Source: an uncultured Gemmatimonadales bacterium
GTDB lineage: Bacteria; Gemmatimonadota; Gemmatimonadetes; Gemmatimonadales; GWC2-71-9
Reading direction: 5' to 3'
Length of the DNA: 64,000 nt
Assembly: GCA_963798915.1 (NCBI GenBank)
Contig: CAWCVB010000003.1
Location: 120,282 to 184,281, forward strand
A program made the position numbers and the translations under genes. The notes under the pieces were generated by a model. The model was not told where the DNA came from, did no database searches, and worked only from the letters and a program-made list of their open reading frames with translations. Shown one piece after another: positions 60,897-64,000 of the stretch; position 1 is the first letter of the stretch; each line of letters starts with the position of its first letter.

Positions 60897-61253
60897 CTAC
60901 CGTGCGAGAACCGACTCCAGCAGTCGATATATCAGACGACCGGTTCGGTCACTCACTTGCAGGACCGCGTCCGCAGTATCAGCTGAGCACAACCCGAGTT
61001 CAGCTGCGAGGTGGCACTGACTTTCAAGCTCGTGCAACGATCCTCGTGAGATTCGGAGGAAGGAGGCGAACTGAGCATCGGTGCCTCTGCCCGCGCCCTC
61101 GGCGATGTTCGACATGACGGAGACTGCCGCCCGCCGCATCTGCGCTGTGAGGCCAAACCGTTCGGCGACCGGAAACCGGTCTGTGAACTTGTAAACTGCT
61201 ACGGCCAGTCCCTGGCTGGACTTCCACGCGTCCAGGTCGAGGTAGTTCCCCAT
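60897..61253 (-). CDS. Four helix bundle protein (23S rRNA IVP / TIGR02436-like)
   Basis: LDAWKSS, FP..ERFGLTAQMRRAAVSVMSNIAEG, FLRISRGSL.ELESQ. Confidence 0.93.
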   Translation of the reverse strand: MGNYLDLDAWKSSQGLAVAVYKFTDRFPVAERFGLTAQMRRAAVSVMSNIAEGAGRGTDAQFASFLRISRGSLHELESQCHLAAELGLCSADTADAVLQVSDRTGRLIYRLLESVLAR

Positions 61254-61328
61254 TCACCAGCATAAGCCCTGGTGACTTCCCGAATGGCATCAAGAGAACG
61301 CGGAACATTCGCATTCTCCCGCATCAGA

Positions 61329-61374
61329 ACCCGCGACCCACGACTCAAAGCCCACGACCCACGACCCACGACTC
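61329..61374. repeat. Heptamer array (ACGACCC)n, inverse of 60845-60894
   Basis: acccgcg acccacg actcaaa gcccacg acccacg acccacg actc. Confidence 0.85.
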
Positions 61375-62517
61375 AGTACAACTGCGCCCAACCCCTGCTG
61401 GCGAATGGGACCACCTTGGCCGAGGCTCGGAGCGCCCGGCTCACGGCGCAGGAGGAGTAGCTCACCTCCGGATCGCCGATGAAGCTGGTCAGGTCGCCGA
61501 GCTGGGCGTTGCTGGCCAGCAGGGCGCCGGTGACCTTGTTGCCGGTACCGCGGCTCTGGACCTGGCCCAGGACAATGATGATGCCGTTGAACTCGAAGTT
61601 GCCCCGGATGTCCAGGTCGCCGCTCACCAGAAGCACGCCCTGCCCGCGCCCATTCTGCAGCTGCAGGCTGCCTTGGCGGTAGACAATGGGGAAGTAGTCG
61701 GCTGCATTGCGGCACCAGCATGACCCCTCCGACCCCCGGTTCGCCCCAGTTGAGGATGTTGGTCTGGTCGCAGCGGGCCGGTGTGCCAATGGTGACTGGC
61801 GCCATGCCGTTGTAGCTGCCGCTGCCGAGCGTCAGGTCGGCATTGTCCTTGAGCGCGTTGAACGGCTGGTTGAAGAGCGAGTCGGTGATGGTGGAATCGT
61901 GCGACTGCTGTTGCGGCACGCCGTCCAGCACGGCCGCATGGCCGACCTGCACCGTGTCATTGGTGCGGACGCCCGCCAGGTCCGAGCCAGCATCACAGCC
62001 GCTCCACCCCGCCGGGTCGCCATCGTGGCCGTCGATCTCGGCGTTGCCTCCCACGGTAACCGTGCCTCGCGCGGTCACGGCGGCCTTGATGTCCACCGAG
62101 GCCGGGTTCTGCTTGACCAGCTGGCCCAGCATGCGGTAGGCAAGGACCTCACCGCTTGGCAAGCGCCGTTCACCAGAGGCCCGAATGAGAAAAGACATGT
62201 CGCTCACCCGTAGCACTTCGCCGCCGGTGTATACCCCTGAGCCGGTACCGAGTTCGGTCTCGAGGATGGCTGCACTGTCCCCAACGGGAAGCAGATTGTT
62301 GGACTTAGGCCAAGCCGCCACCGTGGATGCCGAGACCGGCATCGGCCGCTTCGAAGGCCTGTCCAGCGTAAATCGTATTCTGGCCCCCGCGCTGCTCGAG
62401 GCGGCCGGCGAACACCGTCCCGGCCACAATTGCGCCAATGACAACCAGCGCAAAGACGGCCAGCGCCAGGGCAATGCCGCGCTCATTCTTCACATCAGGT
62501 GCGTATCGCATCGTCAT
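61373..62517 (-). CDS. PilX-like minor pilin; frameshifts near 62320-62400 and 61705
   Basis: NERGIALALAVFALVVIG; three overlapping ORF pieces ending GWAQLY*. Confidence 0.8.
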
Positions 62518-62526
62518 TGCCTCGGT

Positions 62527-63359
62527 TCAGGGAGCGTTCCGCAGCCGAATGCGGATCTTGAGACTGTCCTGGTTCAGCTGGCGGCTGTCATAGCCCGACT
62601 TGGAGATGGCATTGGCCGTCTCTCCGTGCAGTGTCGCTTCGATCACGCGCACCGATGAGGGTGTGGTCGTCGCTGCGCCCGAGGCATTGCGAAAGCCGAA
62701 GGTACTGTCGGCCGCCGACAGACGGTCCGAGCACCGGCTGCAGGGTTGACCCATTGGCTGACATGCCCAGCCAGGACCGCCCGCCCGACGTGTAGATGCT
62801 CATGGTCATCAGCTCATAATTGCGCACTGGCGCATCGAGCTGGATGTCACTCGGGACAATGGCGGCTGACGGCAGGTTCACCACCGTCGCGGCGGTACCA
62901 TCCGGGCAGGTGCCAGTAGTCACCGAGCCCACAATGAAGTCGTCCCAGCGATCGTCGGTGGTGATGGTTGGATCCACTTCGACAAAGAGCAGCAGGCCAT
63001 CATTGGTGCTGATATCGCTCATGCCGAAGTTGTGGGTGCTCCGGAGCTTGACCTGGGTGCCCGAGGCGTAGCAGGCCAAGGCCAGCCGCCGCATCGCCCG
63101 ATACGTGATGCTGGTGGCCGAGAGACTGATCAGGTCCGATCCGCTCCCATCAATGTTGATTTCCCGCAACTCAGCCGGCAGAAGGCCGCCGCCGGCGCGA
63201 AGATTGGATTGCAGGCTGGTCTTCTCGGCCTGGGCCTGGCTGACGCGCGACGCGCTGGTCAGGCTGCGGACAAGGGTGGCAGCCCACGATACCGAGCAGG
63301 ACCATCACGATGAGAAGCTCGACGAGCGTGAATCCGCGCTGGTTGCGTGTCATGGTCAT
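62527..63359 (-). CDS. PilW-like minor pilin; several frameshifts
   Basis: QRGFTLVELLIVMVLLG; C-terminal IRIRLRNAP*. Confidence 0.8.
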
Positions 63360-63733
63360 GGGCACCGGATCTGAGTGGTCATGGTGGCGGTGCGCGTGCC
63401 GGAGGTGATCGGGTAGGTGACCGTCACGCTGAGTTCGCGCAAGTCCGCAGCGATGGCCGGCGTGGTCACTCTCCACGCCTCGGTCATTCCGTTCGGCCCC
63501 GTCGCCGATCCGCTCGCCCCCAGCGTGCTGCAGGAGGGCGTGACGCTGAGTGCCTGCTGGCGCAGGATCTCAAGTCGGGTCAGGGCCAATTGCGTCGCTT
63601 TAGTGGTCATGTTGCCGCGGCCGATCATCCGGGTGACCAGGGCCGAGGTGCTGAGCAGAGCCAGGACCCCCACACCCAGAATCACGATCGCGACCATCAC
63701 TTCGATCAGGGTGAAACCGGACCTATTCTTCAC
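63356..63733 (-). CDS. PilV-like minor pilin
   Basis: SGFTLIEVMVAIVILGVG prepilin motif. Confidence 0.88.
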   Translation of the reverse strand: MKNRSGFTLIEVMVAIVILGVGVLALLSTSALVTRMIGRGNMTTKATQLALTRLEILRQQALSVTPSCSTLGASGSATGPNGMTEAWRVTTPAIAADLRELSVTVTYPITSGTRTATMTTQIRCP

Positions 63734-64000
63734 TGATTGACCCTCCCGTACGGCGCTACCGTGAGACTGGCAGTCTTACCTGACCTTGCGAACGTGACAT
63801 TGACCGTTGTGCTCCCGTTAGTACCCAAGCCTCGTGGGTCATAGCCTACGGACCAATTCGACGGCGACATCGTCACACCGTACTCCGCGCCGAGTGCGAC
63901 GGACGCCAGGGTGTCGTTGGTCGCGCTCAGCACTACGCCGCTGGTTCCGCTGAATTGGGCGGTCACGAGCTGGTTATTTTGGACCGCGGCGGCCCGGGCG
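63730..64000 (-). CDS. 3' end of a FimT/GspH-like pilin (partial)
   Basis: VGYDPRG..LTVAPYGRV C-terminus; stop overlaps the pilV-like start. Confidence 0.65.
   Translation of the reverse strand, partial: ARAAAVQNNQLVTAQFSGTSGVVLSATNDTLASVALGAEYGVTMSPSNWSVGYDPRGLGTNGSTTVNVTFARSGKTASLTVAPYGRVNQ

Noticed and set aside
60897..61253. Diversity-generating retroelement
   Set aside because: Avd-like fold only; no reverse transcriptase or TR/VR pair seen

Overview
A GC-rich bacterial chromosome segment, most likely Gemmatimonadota (inferred from gene content and protein style, not from a search). Most of it is housekeeping and on the minus strand: icd, F0 ATP synthase atpZ/I-B-E-F-H, gcvT, argF, topA-trmFO-xerC-hslV-hslU, aroC/aroK, and a type IV pilus cluster (minor pilins plus pilMNOPQ). 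Many single-base frameshifts interrupt ordinary genes and look like long-read errors. I found no tRNA, rRNA, CRISPR array or transposase. Main candidate for an undescribed system (24.8-32.4 kb): an unannotated 26-aa peptide gene (MLLIDVVSAMVNFVAKLLMADGQDWV, strong SD) directly upstream of a multi-TM HD-GYP phosphodiesterase. It follows a stand-alone LeuA-regulatory-like protein and an Fe-S/[FeFe]-hydrogenase-like diguanylate cyclase, and converges on a BTAD-ATPase-TPR regulator. The peptide, the HD-GYP gene and only the C-terminal part of the regulator share a sharply lower-GC tract, suggesting a swappable peptide-signalling specificity cassette linked to c-di-GMP. Second theme: 7-9 nt tandem arrays and REP-like palindromes at many gene junctions; they flank a four-helix-bundle gene as inverted arrays, supply stop codons and enter coding regions in frame. 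Also notable: a diverged duplicate of the mog 3' end bracketing a prolyl oligopeptidase gene, and a DUF2946-like leader/porin/FMN-binding operon.
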